Origin: Polyangiales bacterium
GTDB taxonomy: Bacteria; Myxococcota_A; Polyangia; Polyangiales; JADJQN01
Reading direction: 5' to 3'
Length of the DNA stretch: 64,000 bases
Assembly: GCA_964202905.1 (NCBI GenBank)
Contig: CAXNJO010000003.1
Span: forward strand, 416,001-480,000
Below are positions 41,937 to 51,808 of the stretch, piece by piece. The position numbers and the translations under genes are program-made. The notes beneath the pieces were generated by a model, which was given only the letters and a program-made list of their open reading frames with translations, ran no database searches and was not told where the DNA came from. Position 1 is the stretch's first letter. Each line of letters opens with the position of its first letter.

Positions 41937-42869
41937 GTGGAACGAGGGGACGCCGTTGCAGCGCGACTCGCCGCCGCCGCCGCCGCCCGCGCCGGGCTCG
42001 CCGAGGCGGGCCTCGCGCGCGCCGCCGACGCGTCGCCCGAGGACACCGCCTACTTCCTCGCCGCCGAGCTCGCCGCGGTCCTCGAGCAGCGCCGCGGCCT
42101 GATCCTCGACCCGGCCACGCTGGACGCCGCCGCGCTCGACGCCCTCCGCGCGCGCGAGCCCGCGGCGCTCACCGACCTCGAGCCGCGCCCGCGCCCCGGC
42201 GCGCTCGTCCTGCTCGAGGCGGGCGAGCGCATCGGCACGGTGTGCTTCGACGACTTCGAAGGCATGTCGCCCTACGCCCAGATCTCCAGCCTCTACGTCG
42301 CCCCACGCTGGCGCGCGCGCGGCGTCGCCTCGCACCTGCTCGACGGAGTCGCGGCGCTGCTCTCTCCCGCCTACGCGGGCCTCTCGCTCACGACGTACTG
42401 GTCGTGGCAGCGCGCGGTGCGCTTCTATCTCCGCCACGGCTGCGTCGTGAGGCAATGGAAGCACGGCCTCGTCTTCCTCTGGCGCGTCGCCGGCGTGCGC
42501 TGGGACGTCGCGTTCGCGGGGGATGTCGCGAGCTTCACGTGGACGCGCGCCGGGGCGCCCGCCCGCACGTGGACCGCGCGTCGCCAGGACGGCTGGCTCC
42601 ACTGGGACGAGCCCAGCCCGTACGACATCGACTGGTCCGACGGCACCATGACCTTCGGCCTGCTCCTCGCGATGGCGGGCTGGCCCCTCGACCGCAGCCC
42701 CGCGACGCGCGCGGAGGCCTGGCGCTGGCTCGACTGCGGCTACTCAGAGGGTCTCGCCGCCCGCATCGAGCGCTGGGAGGCCCTCGACCGCAGCCGCGGC
42801 TTCGTCGTGGACACGCCGCGCATCCCCGGCATCGCCTACCGCAGCCGGGCCGAGCTCGGCGACGAGTAG
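41937..42869 (+). CDS. GNAT-family acetyltransferase
   Basis: ISSLYVAPRWRARGVASHLL and AVRFYLRHG. GTG at 41937, 6 nt after TATGGT. Confidence 0.75.
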   Translation: MERGDAVAARLAAAAAARAGLAEAGLARAADASPEDTAYFLAAELAAVLEQRRGLILDPATLDAAALDALRAREPAALTDLEPRPRPGALVLLEAGERIGTVCFDDFEGMSPYAQISSLYVAPRWRARGVASHLLDGVAALLSPAYAGLSLTTYWSWQRAVRFYLRHGCVVRQWKHGLVFLWRVAGVRWDVAFAGDVASFTWTRAGAPARTWTARRQDGWLHWDEPSPYDIDWSDGTMTFGLLLAMAGWPLDRSPATRAEAWRWLDCGYSEGLAARIERWEALDRSRGFVVDTPRIPGIAYRSRAELGDE

Positions 42870-42906
42870 GCGGGCGCGGCACGCGGTCACCGCTCGACGG
42901 ACAGCA

Positions 42907-42934
42907 GGCTGGCCGTCAGCGGCTGGCCGTCAGC
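42907..42934. repeat. Perfect 2 x 14-bp tandem repeat GGCTGGCCGTCAGC
   Basis: Copies at 42907-42920 and 42921-42934, overlapping the ppdK stop. Confidence 0.7.
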
Positions 42935-45628
42935 GGCGGGCGCGGAGGCTGGCCTGCGCGGCGGCGATGCGCGCGATGGGGACGCGGAAGGGCGAGCAGC
43001 TCACGTAGGCGAGGCCGACCTCCTCGAAGAAGGCGATCGAGGCGGGGTCCCCGCCGTGCTCGCCGCAGACGCCGAGCTTGATCTCCGGGCGCGCGCCGCG
43101 GCCGCGCTCGCAGGCCATGCGCACGAGCGCGCCGACGCCCTCGACGTCGATGCTGGCGAACGGGTCGCGCGTCAGCACGCGCAGGCCCTCGCCGAGGTAG
43201 TCCGGCAGGAAGTGGCCCGCGTCGTCGCGGCTCACGCCGAGCGTCGTCTGCGTGAGGTCGTTCGTGCCGAAGGAGAAGAACTCCGCGCTCGCGGCGATGC
43301 GGTCGGCGACGACGCACGCGCGCGGCAGCTCGATCATCGTGCCGAAGAGGTAGGGCACGCGGCGCCCCCGCGCGACGAACACCGATTCGGCCGCGTCGCG
43401 CACCGTGCGTTCGATGCGCGCGAGCTCCTCGGCGAGCATGACGACGGGGATCATGATCTCGGGCTGCACGTCGACGCCCTCTTCGGCGACGAGGCACGCC
43501 GCGTCGAGGATCGCGCGCGCCTGCGTCGCGTAGACGTCCGGGTGCGTGAGGCCGAGGCGCGCCCCGCGGTGGCCGAGCATCGGGTTGATCTCGTGCAACT
43601 GCTCGGCGCGGCGCGCGACGACGTCGACGGGCTCCTTCAGCTCCGCGGCGATCTGCGCGAGCTCGGCCGCCTCGCGCGGCATGAACTCGTGGAGCGGCCA
43701 GTCGAGGAGGCGAATGGTGACGGGCAGCCCGGCCATCGCGCGGAAGATCTCGACGAAGTCCTGGCGCTGCATCGGCTCGATGCGGGCGAGCCAGCGCGCG
43801 CGCTCCTCGGGCGTGCCCGCGAGCACCACGCAGCGCACCGCCGAGAGCCGATCGGCCGCGAAGAACATGTGCTCGGTGCGGCAGAGCCCGATGCCCTCGG
43901 CGCCGAACGCGCGCGCGTCGCGGGCGCCCTTCGGCGTGTCGGCGTTCGCGCGGACGCGCATGCGGCGCGCCGCATCCACCCAGCCCATCAGGCGATCGAA
44001 GCCCGCGACGGCCGCCGCGGGCTCGACGGGCACCTCGCCCGCGTAGACCTTGCCGGCCGTGCCGTCGAGCGTGAGCACGTCACCGCGCACGAACACGCGC
44101 TCGGCGCTCCCGCCGTGCGCGCGCACGACGAGCTTGCCCGCGCGCACGTCGACGTGCAGATCGCTCACGCCCGCGACGCAGCACTTGCCCATGCCGCGCG
44201 CGACGACGGCGGCGTGCGAGGTCATGCCGCCCATCGCGGTCAGGATGCCCTGCGCGGCCTTCATCCCGTGGATGTCCTCGGGGCTGGTCTCGCCGCGCAC
44301 GAGCAGCACCTTCGTGCCGTCCTTCGCCGTGCGCACGGCGTCGTCGGCGTCGAAGACGATGATGCCCGTCGCGGCGCCGGGGCTCGCGGGGAGGCCCGAC
44401 GCGAGCGGGAAGATGCCGTCCTTCGCGAGGCGCTCGGGCGGCGGCACACGCGGGTGCAGGAGCTGCTCGACGCGCGCCGGGATCGACGCGGAGCACGGCC
44501 TCGTCGGGGGTGATCAGGCCCTCGTCGACCATCTCGACGGCGATGCGCACCGCGGCGCGCCCGGTGCGCTTGCCGTTGCGCGTCTGCAGCAGCCAGAGCT
44601 TGCCGCGCTGGATCGTGAACTCGATGTCCTGCACGTCGCGGAAGTGCTGCTCGAGGCGCGCCGCGACCTCGACGAACTGCGCGTAGACGCCGGGCAGCGC
44701 GCGCTCGAGCGACTCGTGCTCACGCCCGCGCGGCGAGGCCGCGGCGGCGACCGGGCGCGGCGTGCGGATGCCCGCGACGACGTCCTCGCCCTGCGCGTTG
44801 AGCAGGTACTCGCCGTAGAGCAGGCGCTCGCCCGTCGAGGGATTGCGCGTGAACGCGACGCCGGTGCCGCAGTCGTCGCCCATGTTGCCGAAGACCATGG
44901 ACTGCACGTTCACCGCCGTGCCCCAGTCGTCCGGGTAGTTGTACATGCGGCGGTAGGTCAACGCGCGCTTGCTGTTCCAGCTCTCGAAGACGGCGGCGAC
45001 GGCGCCCCAGAGCTGCGCGTGCGGGTCCTCCGGGAAGGGCTTGCCCGTCTCGGCGAGCACGAGCGCCTTGAGCCGACCGACGAGCGTCTCGAGCGCCTCG
45101 GCGGGCACCTCGGGATCGGGCATCGAGGGGTTGCCGAGCTCGCGCTTGAGCGCCGAGAGGTGCTCCTCGAAGTGGTGCCGATCGATGCCGAGCACGACGC
45201 CGCCGTACATCGTGAGAAAGCGCCGGTACGCGTCGAAGGCGAAGCGCCGATCGCCCGTGTTCGCGGCGAGCGCCTCCACCGTCGCGTCGTTGAGACCCAC
45301 GTTCAGGATGGTGTCCATCATGCCGGGCATCGACACCCGCGCGCCCGAGCGGACCGAGAGCAGCAGCGGCTGCGCCGTGTCGCCGAAGCGCGCGCCGAGC
45401 GACCTGTTCGACCGTCGCGAGCGCGGCGAGGACCTCGGGGCGCAGCGAATCGGGCCACGCGCCCGCCGCCGCGGTCACGGCGCGGCACGCCTCCGTCGTG
45501 ATCGTGAGACCCGGCGGTACGGGGATGCCGAGCCGCGTCATCTCGGCGAGCCCGGCGCCCTTGCCGCCGAGCAGCTCCTTCGCCTGCGAGGCCGGGGGAT
45601 CCGCGAAGAGGTGGACGTAACGCGTCAT
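42930..45628 (-). CDS. ppdK: Pyruvate, phosphate dikinase (frameshifts near 45400 and 44480)
   Basis: LLGGKGAGLAEM, SVRSGARVSMPGMMDT, GEDVVAG, GGMTSHAAVVARG (catalytic His), FGTNDLTQ and GVCGEHGG, spread over three frames. Confidence 0.92.
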
Positions 45629-45687
45629 GGCCGCGGAACGCTACCAGAGGCGACGGGCACCGCCAACGCGCGCCACGTCCAACGCGC

Positions 45688-46446
45688 TCAGGTGCGGAAC
45701 GAGGGGTCGAGGCGATCGAGCTTGCGGAGCAGCGCCGGCCACACGAGCGCCTCGCTCGCGGCGGCGAGGCCCATCTTGCCGATCATCTCGTTCTTCGCGA
45801 GGACGCCGGGCTCGGTGGGGTACGGGTCGCGCGTCGCCGAGAGCGTGCGCACCTGCATCGCGCACGCGCGCTCGAGGAAGTACATGCGCGTGAAGGCCGC
45901 CGAGACCGTCTGCCCGACGGTGAGCGTGCCGTGGTTGCGCAGCAGCATCACCGAGTGCGCGCCGAGATCCTTCTGGAGGCGCGGGCGCTCGGCGTGGTCG
46001 AAGGCGACGCCCTCGTAGTCGTGGTAGGCGAGGTCGCCGATGACGAGCTGCGCCGTCTGGTTGAGGGGCAACAGGCCCTCGCGCGAGCACGCGACCGCGG
46101 TGCCGTCGAGCGTGTGCAGGTGCAGCACACAGCCGGCGTCCGCGCGCGCCTCGTGGATGGCCGAGTGGATCGTGAAACCCGCGGGATTCACGGGATATCC
46201 CGTGTCGAGCAGGATCTTCGCGTCGAGGTCGATCTTCACGAGGCTCGAGGCCGTGATCTCCTCGAAGAGCATCCCGTACGGGTTGATGAGGAAGTGGTGC
46301 GCGCCGCCCGGCACACGCGCGGAGATGTGCGTGAACACGAGGTCGTCCCAGCCGAACAGCGCCACGAGGCGGTAGGCGGCGGCGAGGTCGACGCGGACCG
46401 CCCACTCTGCCTCGCCGACCTGCTCACGAATCGAGGGTGTCGTCAT
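45688..46446 (-). CDS. Class II aldolase/adducin-family protein
   Basis: DLAAAYRL, THISARVP, NPAGFTIHSAIH, LHLHT and LRNHG. Confidence 0.9.
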   Translation of the reverse strand: MTTPSIREQVGEAEWAVRVDLAAAYRLVALFGWDDLVFTHISARVPGGAHHFLINPYGMLFEEITASSLVKIDLDAKILLDTGYPVNPAGFTIHSAIHEARADAGCVLHLHTLDGTAVACSREGLLPLNQTAQLVIGDLAYHDYEGVAFDHAERPRLQKDLGAHSVMLLRNHGTLTVGQTVSAAFTRMYFLERACAMQVRTLSATRDPYPTEPGVLAKNEMIGKMGLAAASEALVWPALLRKLDRLDPSFRT

Positions 46447-46485
46447 GGCGCGAGCGTGCCACGACGCGCCGCGTGTCTCGCACGC

Positions 46486-46530
46486 AAAAACACCCGCGGC
46501 GCCGAGGCCGCACGAGGGCCCCGACGCCGC
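46486..46530 (-). terminator. Candidate intrinsic terminator after the TSP3-vWA gene
   Basis: Minus strand GCGGCGTCGGGGCC-CTCGTGC-GGCCTCGGCGCCGC (14-bp stem, 2 G-U pairs), followed by GGGTGTTTTT. Confidence 0.55.
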
Positions 46531-46556
46531 AGAGAGGGAGCGAGACTCGAACGCGC

Positions 46557-48614
46557 TCAGCCCGGGCCGATCGGGACCTCGATGCGGGGCGGCACGAGGA
46601 AGAAGATCGCGCGGTCGTCGAGCGGCGTGAAGCCGTCGCCGAGCACGCGCAGGTTCGCGCGGAACACCTGCGGCGAGATCGTCGGCATGACGGTGTCGTT
46701 CTGCTTCACGACGATGTCGAAGCAGACGGGCGTGCCGGGGCGCACGCCACGAAACGTGTCGGGGAAGCCGTCGCCGTTCGTGTCCTCGGCGGGCAGGGCC
46801 TCGCAGCGGCCGGGCACGCCCGCGGTGTTCGCCTCGAGGTGATCGACGAAGGCCGCGAAGGCGTCGACGGAGTCCGCCGGATCGTCGACGAACTGCACGG
46901 AGATGTCGATCGGCGTCTGATTCGCGAGCGTCTGGATCTGGCGCACGACGTCGTCGCCGATGGAGCCCGACCACGTCGTGACGAGGGGCGTGCCCGCCCC
47001 GTCGACGGCGCCGGTGTCACGCGCGATCGCCTCGAGATCGGAGCGCCCGCCGCCGTTCACCGCGACGCCGATCACGCGGATGCGCGAGGCGGTCGAGGCG
47101 CCGACGACCTCGGCGTACGTCGGGCCGCCGAACGAATACGCATCCTCGCCCATCGGCCCGTTGTGCGAGTCGATGTCGGTGATCATGACGACGATCGGCA
47201 CCGCGGAGTTGCGGAAGCAGGGCCACCCGACCGTGCGATCCGCGGGGCAGGCCGCGAAGCCGCCCGCGCCCGACGCGCGCGACGCGGACCAGCCGCTCGG
47301 CCCGGCGAGCCCGTTGCCCGAGGCGACCGCGTAGAGCGCGGGGAAGCCCGACTCGGGGCCGTCGCCGCCGTAGTGCGTCGTGAGCCGGTTGACCGACGCC
47401 TGCGCGGTCGCGGTGTCCGCCGTGAGATCTTGCAGGTGGTAGAAGGCGCGGTCGCCCGAGCTGGCGTAGCCGTAGGGGGCCTGCTGGTAGTCGTCGTAAC
47501 CGCCGACGCCGAACCACACATCGGGGATGACGGCGCGCACGCGGTCGATGAGGCCCGAACCCGGCGTCGAGAGGCCGCTCTTCAGCGAGGCGATCGCGCC
47601 GCCCATCGAGCCCGTCGTGTCCATGAGGAAGTAGACGTCGGCGATGCGCAGATCGGTCGCGAACGAGAGCGTGTCGCGCACGGGATCCGGCGCCTCCAGG
47701 TACGGCTCGAAGAAGACGAAGTCACCGCGCGTGCGCGGGCTCGAGGTCGGGTCGGTCGCGTCGCCGGAGCAGGTCGCGTCGCCCGCGGGGCACGCGCCGA
47801 TCTCCACGAGATCGGTGACGCCGTCGCCGTCCGAGTCGGCGAGGAGCGGGTCGGTGCCCGCGAGCGCTTCGTCGGCGTCGGAGAGGCCGTCGTTGTCGGA
47901 GTCCGGATCGCGGTAATCCGGGATGAGGTCCATGTCCGTGTCGCGCGCGGGCGTCAGCAGATCCGCGTCGCCCGCCTCCATCGCGTCGGTGAGGCCGTCG
48001 TTGTCGGCGTCGAGGTCGAGGCGATCGGGGACGCCGTCGCTGTCCGTGTCGTCGGGGACGAACGATTCCTCGAGGTCGCGGACGGTGTCGCCGTCGCTGT
48101 CGGTGTCGAGGTAGTCGGGCGTGCCGTCGCCGTCCGAGTCGGCGGGGGCCGCGGGGTCGGCGCCGATCTCCACCGAGTCGCGCGCGCCGTCGCCGTCGTT
48201 GTCGAGGTCGCGCGAGTTGGGCTGCGTGTCGTTGTCGAGATCCTCGGCGCCCTCGACGAAGTCGGGGATGCCGTTGCCGTCGCTGTCGAGGTCGCGGAAG
48301 TCGTACGTGCCGTCGCCATCGGTGTCGGCGGGGACGCCGCCGAGCACGCCGCCCTCGTCCGCGTCCGGCACGCCGTCGTCGTCGCTGTCCGCGTCGCGGT
48401 AGTCGGGGGTGCCGTCACCGTCCGTGTCGACGTCGTCCGCGCGGCCTTCGAAGGAATCCGAGATCCCGTCGCCGTCCTCGTCGGGCGCGGTCGGGTCCGA
48501 GCCCCCGTCGCGCATCGCCACGGGGCGGCGGCGCGGGTCGGCCCCGGGATCGGAACAACCCGCCGAGACCGTGGCGAGCGCGAGCGCACAGAGAACGACA
48601 GCGGCGAGACGCAT
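46557..48614 (-). CDS. Lipoprotein with thrombospondin type-3 Ca-binding repeats and integrin-beta-like vWA domain (CglD-like architecture)
   Basis: Lipobox SAGC, many DxDxDGxPD repeats, DVYFLMDTTGSM (MIDAS-like), GGDGPES and VVMITD. Confidence 0.8.
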   Translation of the reverse strand: MRLAAVVLCALALATVSAGCSDPGADPRRRPVAMRDGGSDPTAPDEDGDGISDSFEGRADDVDTDGDGTPDYRDADSDDDGVPDADEGGVLGGVPADTDGDGTYDFRDLDSDGNGIPDFVEGAEDLDNDTQPNSRDLDNDGDGARDSVEIGADPAAPADSDGDGTPDYLDTDSDGDTVRDLEESFVPDDTDSDGVPDRLDLDADNDGLTDAMEAGDADLLTPARDTDMDLIPDYRDPDSDNDGLSDADEALAGTDPLLADSDGDGVTDLVEIGACPAGDATCSGDATDPTSSPRTRGDFVFFEPYLEAPDPVRDTLSFATDLRIADVYFLMDTTGSMGGAIASLKSGLSTPGSGLIDRVRAVIPDVWFGVGGYDDYQQAPYGYASSGDRAFYHLQDLTADTATAQASVNRLTTHYGGDGPESGFPALYAVASGNGLAGPSGWSASRASGAGGFAACPADRTVGWPCFRNSAVPIVVMITDIDSHNGPMGEDAYSFGGPTYAEVVGASTASRIRVIGVAVNGGGRSDLEAIARDTGAVDGAGTPLVTTWSGSIGDDVVRQIQTLANQTPIDISVQFVDDPADSVDAFAAFVDHLEANTAGVPGRCEALPAEDTNGDGFPDTFRGVRPGTPVCFDIVVKQNDTVMPTISPQVFRANLRVLGDGFTPLDDRAIFFLVPPRIEVPIGPG

Positions 48615-48685
48615 GCAGAGCCTCCGGGTGACGGACTGAACCGTCGTTCATGGTACCGGCGTCGCGCCGCGCGCGATAGCGCGAA

Positions 48686-50113
48686 TCAGCGCGCGTCGTC
48701 GTCCGAATCGCCGCCCGCGTCGAGCCCCGCGAGCCGCCGCGCGAGCGCCATGCGCGCGTCCCAGTCGTAGCGGCGCTCGATCACGACGCGCTGCGCCTGC
48801 GGGGAGCCTGCGCCGTGCATGCACTCGAGACGCAGCGGCACGCTGAGCGCGCCGTACGCCATCGCCTCGACGAGGCGCAGCGTCTTCACGCGCTCGTCGC
48901 TGCCGACGACGCCGCGCAGGCGCGCGCCGAGCTCCGGATGTTCGAGATCCGCGAGCGAGGGGAGCGTACCCATGAGCCCGCCCGCGAGATCCTCCGCGAG
49001 ACGCACGACCTCGTACGGGATCTTCGTCACGTTCTGCTTGCAGACGTTCGCGAGGAGCGCGTCCACCTGCCACACGCCCGCGTCGTGCCGCGTGCTCTTC
49101 GTGCTCGCGGCGAGGCCGACGCCGTGCAGCGTCTCGGTGAGGTGCGCCATCTCGACGAGCTTGTCGCGCACGTGCGCGACCTCGCGCACGCCGTGCGCCT
49201 TCGCGAGCACGGCCGCCGCGCCGATCAGCACGTCGAGGTTGCCGGGTTTGCAGCCGCCGTAGCTCGCGCGGTGATAGCCCGCGAAGGCCTCGACCAGCGT
49301 GCCGACGGCGCCGAGGTCTCCGTCGAGGAAGACGCGCTCGCGCGGCACGAAGACGTCGTCGAAAAACACGATGCATTCCTGCCCGCCGTAGCGCGCGTTG
49401 CCCGCGTCGGGGCCGCCGCGCCGCTCGTCGGAGGGTTGCCGCCCGATCACCATCGACACGCCCTCGGCATCGACCGGGAGCGCGCACGCGATGGCGAAGT
49501 CCTCCTCGCCGGGGCGCAGCGCCTGCCCCGGCATCACGAGGATCTGGTGGGAATTCGCGGCCCCCGTCTGGTGCAGCTTCGCGCCGCGGATCACGACGCC
49601 CTCGGGCGTGCGCGACACGACGCGCAGGAACTGATCGGGCTGCGCCGCGGGACGCAGACGCCGATCGCCCTTCGCGTCGGTCATCGCGCCGTTCACGACG
49701 TCGTCGCGGCGCTGCACCTCCGCGAGCCAGCGCACGAAGCGCGCGTGCGACTCGGGGCCCGCCTCCCACGTCGCGAGAAAGAGCGCGTTGAGCCCGTCCA
49801 TGCCGACGCAGCGCTGGAAGCACGTGCCCGTCACGCGTCCGAGCACGCGCTGCAACTCGACCTTGCGCACGAGGTCGGCCGGCTCACGGAAGAGGTGCGT
49901 GAAGCGGTTGACGGGCGCGTCGATCACATCGCTGTGCGCGACGGCGAGCGCGCGGTGCTCGGGGTCGTGCGCCAGCGCGTAGGTCGCGCCGATCGCGTGG
50001 ATCGAAGGGCGCACGCGCGGGTGATCGACGGGGTCGCGCAGGCGCTCGCCGTCGAGGTAGACGACGAGGCGACGCGCACGCAGGCTCTCGAGGTAGTCGG
50101 CTTCGGTTCTCAC
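48686..50113 (-). CDS. abfD: 4-hydroxybutyryl-CoA dehydratase/vinylacetyl-CoA isomerase (HpaB-fold)
   Basis: [4Fe-4S] ligand motifs CFQRCVGMD and YHRASYGGCK, plus GAMTDAKGDR, GGQE and MHGAGSPQAQ. Confidence 0.82.
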   Translation of the reverse strand: MRTEADYLESLRARRLVVYLDGERLRDPVDHPRVRPSIHAIGATYALAHDPEHRALAVAHSDVIDAPVNRFTHLFREPADLVRKVELQRVLGRVTGTCFQRCVGMDGLNALFLATWEAGPESHARFVRWLAEVQRRDDVVNGAMTDAKGDRRLRPAAQPDQFLRVVSRTPEGVVIRGAKLHQTGAANSHQILVMPGQALRPGEEDFAIACALPVDAEGVSMVIGRQPSDERRGGPDAGNARYGGQECIVFFDDVFVPRERVFLDGDLGAVGTLVEAFAGYHRASYGGCKPGNLDVLIGAAAVLAKAHGVREVAHVRDKLVEMAHLTETLHGVGLAASTKSTRHDAGVWQVDALLANVCKQNVTKIPYEVVRLAEDLAGGLMGTLPSLADLEHPELGARLRGVVGSDERVKTLRLVEAMAYGALSVPLRLECMHGAGSPQAQRVVIERRYDWDARMALARRLAGLDAGGDSDDDAR

Positions 50114-50206
50114 GGAAGGGCCTCCGCGCACGACGATAGCCCGACGCAGCGCCCCTTCGCGACGCGGGATGCGGGCGACGCGCGCGACGCCGAAGAGACG
50201 CCGCGA

Positions 50207-50701
50207 TCAGCGCACGGGGCGGTGGCCGTAGACGCCGGTGAGCTTGGTGGTGTCGACGCGCAGCGCGAGCAGCAGCGTGAAGAGGCGGCGGTACGTCTCG
50301 TGGTCGGCGCCGAGCTCGGGGAGCGCGCGCGCGAGCGTGCGCGCGGCGTCGTCGTGCACGACCTTCTTGCCCATGTCGAGCGCCTCGAGCTGCGCGGGGT
50401 GCAGCGAGCCGTCGTCCTGCGCCATGCGGCGCACGACGTCGACGTACTCCTTCACGTGGCGGCCGAGCACCTCGCGCGGGAGACGGAGCGCGAGCAGCGA
50501 GGCGCCCTCCTCGCTGCGCGCCTCGAGGTGCACGGCCTGCTCGCTTGGCGCGAGCCGGAGCCGCCACGCGTCGGCGACGCCGGAGAACACGAACACGTTG
50601 CGGCGCACGAGCTCCGCGATGGCGAGCCGCCACTCGGCGCGGCGCGTCTCGGGCGTCGCGCTCCACGTGTCCTCGGCGATCTCGATGGTGATGAGCGGCA
50701 T
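50207..50701 (-). CDS. UPF0262-family protein
   Basis: RRAEWRLAI, QLEALDMGKKVVHDDAA and YRRLFTLL. Confidence 0.75.
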   Translation of the reverse strand: MPLITIEIAEDTWSATPETRRAEWRLAIAELVRRNVFVFSGVADAWRLRLAPSEQAVHLEARSEEGASLLALRLPREVLGRHVKEYVDVVRRMAQDDGSLHPAQLEALDMGKKVVHDDAARTLARALPELGADHETYRRLFTLLLALRVDTTKLTGVYGHRPVR

Positions 50702-50728
50702 GGGCTCTCCTCGTGCGCGCGCCCGGGC

Positions 50729-51808
50729 TCAGGCCTCGCGCACCTTCGCGACGCGGCCGCGCACGACGCCCGGGCTGCGCGGGTAGACGGTCAGCGTCGC
50801 GTCGTCGCGCAGCCCCGCCGCGAGCCGCTGCGCACCCGCGTACGCGATCATCGCGGCGTTGTCGGTGCACGACGCGGGCGACGGCAGCGAGAGCGTCACG
50901 CCACGCGCGGCGCAGAGCGCGGTGGTGCGCGCGCGGAGGCCGCGGTTGGCTGCGACGCCACCGGCGAGCACGAGCCTCGGCACGCCGCGCGTCTCGCAGG
51001 CGAGCAGGCTCTTCTGCACGAGCGCCTCGACGATCACCGCCTGAAAGGACGCGCAGAGATCGGCGAGCGCGTCGGGTGTCGCGGGCGCCCCTTGGCGCGC
51101 GACGTGCTGCGCGACGGCCGTCTTCAGGCCGCTGAAGCTGAACTCGAGCGAGCCGCGTCCGCCGACGTTGGGGCGCGGGAGCGCGACCGCGCGCGGATCG
51201 CCCGACGCCGCGAGCGCGTCGATGCGCGGGCCGCCCGGGTAGCCGAGCCCGAGCAGCTTCGCGACCTTGTCGAAGGCCTCGCCCGCCGCGTCGTCGCGCG
51301 TCTGCCCGAGCAAGATCTGCTCGGTGGGGGAGCGCACCTCGTAGAGCGCCGTGTGACCACCGCTCGCGAGCAGCGCGACGAAGGGATACGCCGCACCCCC
51401 CGGCGCTTCGCCGTCGCGGCGGAGCTGCACGGCGAGCAGGTGACCGACGAGGTGGTCGACGCCCACGATCGGCAGCCCGCGCGCGAACGCAAGCGCCTTC
51501 GCGAACTGCACGCCGACGAGCAGCGCGCCGACGAGCCCGGGCCCGTTCGTCACGGCGACCGCGTCGAGGCCCGCGAGCCCGCCAGGCAAGGCCGCGAGCG
51601 CCGACTCGACGACGCCCGCGATCACCTGCAGGTGCGCGCGGGACGCGACCTCCGGCACGATGCCCCCGTAGGGCGCGTGCAGGCGCACCTGGCTCGCGAC
51701 GACGTCGGAGACGACGTGGCCGTCTTGCAACACGACTGCAGCAGCAGTTTCGTCGCAAGAACTCTCGATGCCGAGCACGCAGCGCGGCCCGCCTTCCGCC
51801 GCGCTCAT
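50729..51808 (-). CDS. tsaD: tRNA N6-threonylcarbamoyladenosine synthesis protein TsaD
   Basis: LGIESSCDETAAA, GGIVPEVASRAH, HLVGH, ASGGHT, DDAAGEAFDK and CTDNAAMIA. Confidence 0.96.
   Translation of the reverse strand: MSAAEGGPRCVLGIESSCDETAAAVVLQDGHVVSDVVASQVRLHAPYGGIVPEVASRAHLQVIAGVVESALAALPGGLAGLDAVAVTNGPGLVGALLVGVQFAKALAFARGLPIVGVDHLVGHLLAVQLRRDGEAPGGAAYPFVALLASGGHTALYEVRSPTEQILLGQTRDDAAGEAFDKVAKLLGLGYPGGPRIDALAASGDPRAVALPRPNVGGRGSLEFSFSGLKTAVAQHVARQGAPATPDALADLCASFQAVIVEALVQKSLLACETRGVPRLVLAGGVAANRGLRARTTALCAARGVTLSLPSPASCTDNAAMIAYAGAQRLAAGLRDDATLTVYPRSPGVVRGRVAKVREA

Noticed and set aside
37497..42869. 1790-aa plus-strand ORF, and similar long Arg/Ala-rich ORFs (e.g. 21508-24237, 48815-51973, 56524-59880)
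   Set aside because: These are antisense shadows of real minus-strand genes in high-GC DNA. Only the last ~310 codons (GNAT) look genuine.
42930..45628. Programmed frameshifting or true pseudogene in ppdK
   Set aside because: No slippery heptamer is evident, all catalytic motifs are intact, and similar indels are scattered across the window.
46446..46462. TGGCAC upstream of the aldolase gene (and at about 56705-56711) as sigma54 promoters
   Set aside because: No GC at the -12 position; the GG-N10-GC spacing fails.
48686..50113. 4-hydroxyphenylacetate 3-monooxygenase (HpaB)
   Set aside because: Fe-S ligand motifs CFQRC and HxxxxxxC indicate AbfD, and there is no flavin reductase or aromatic catabolism context.
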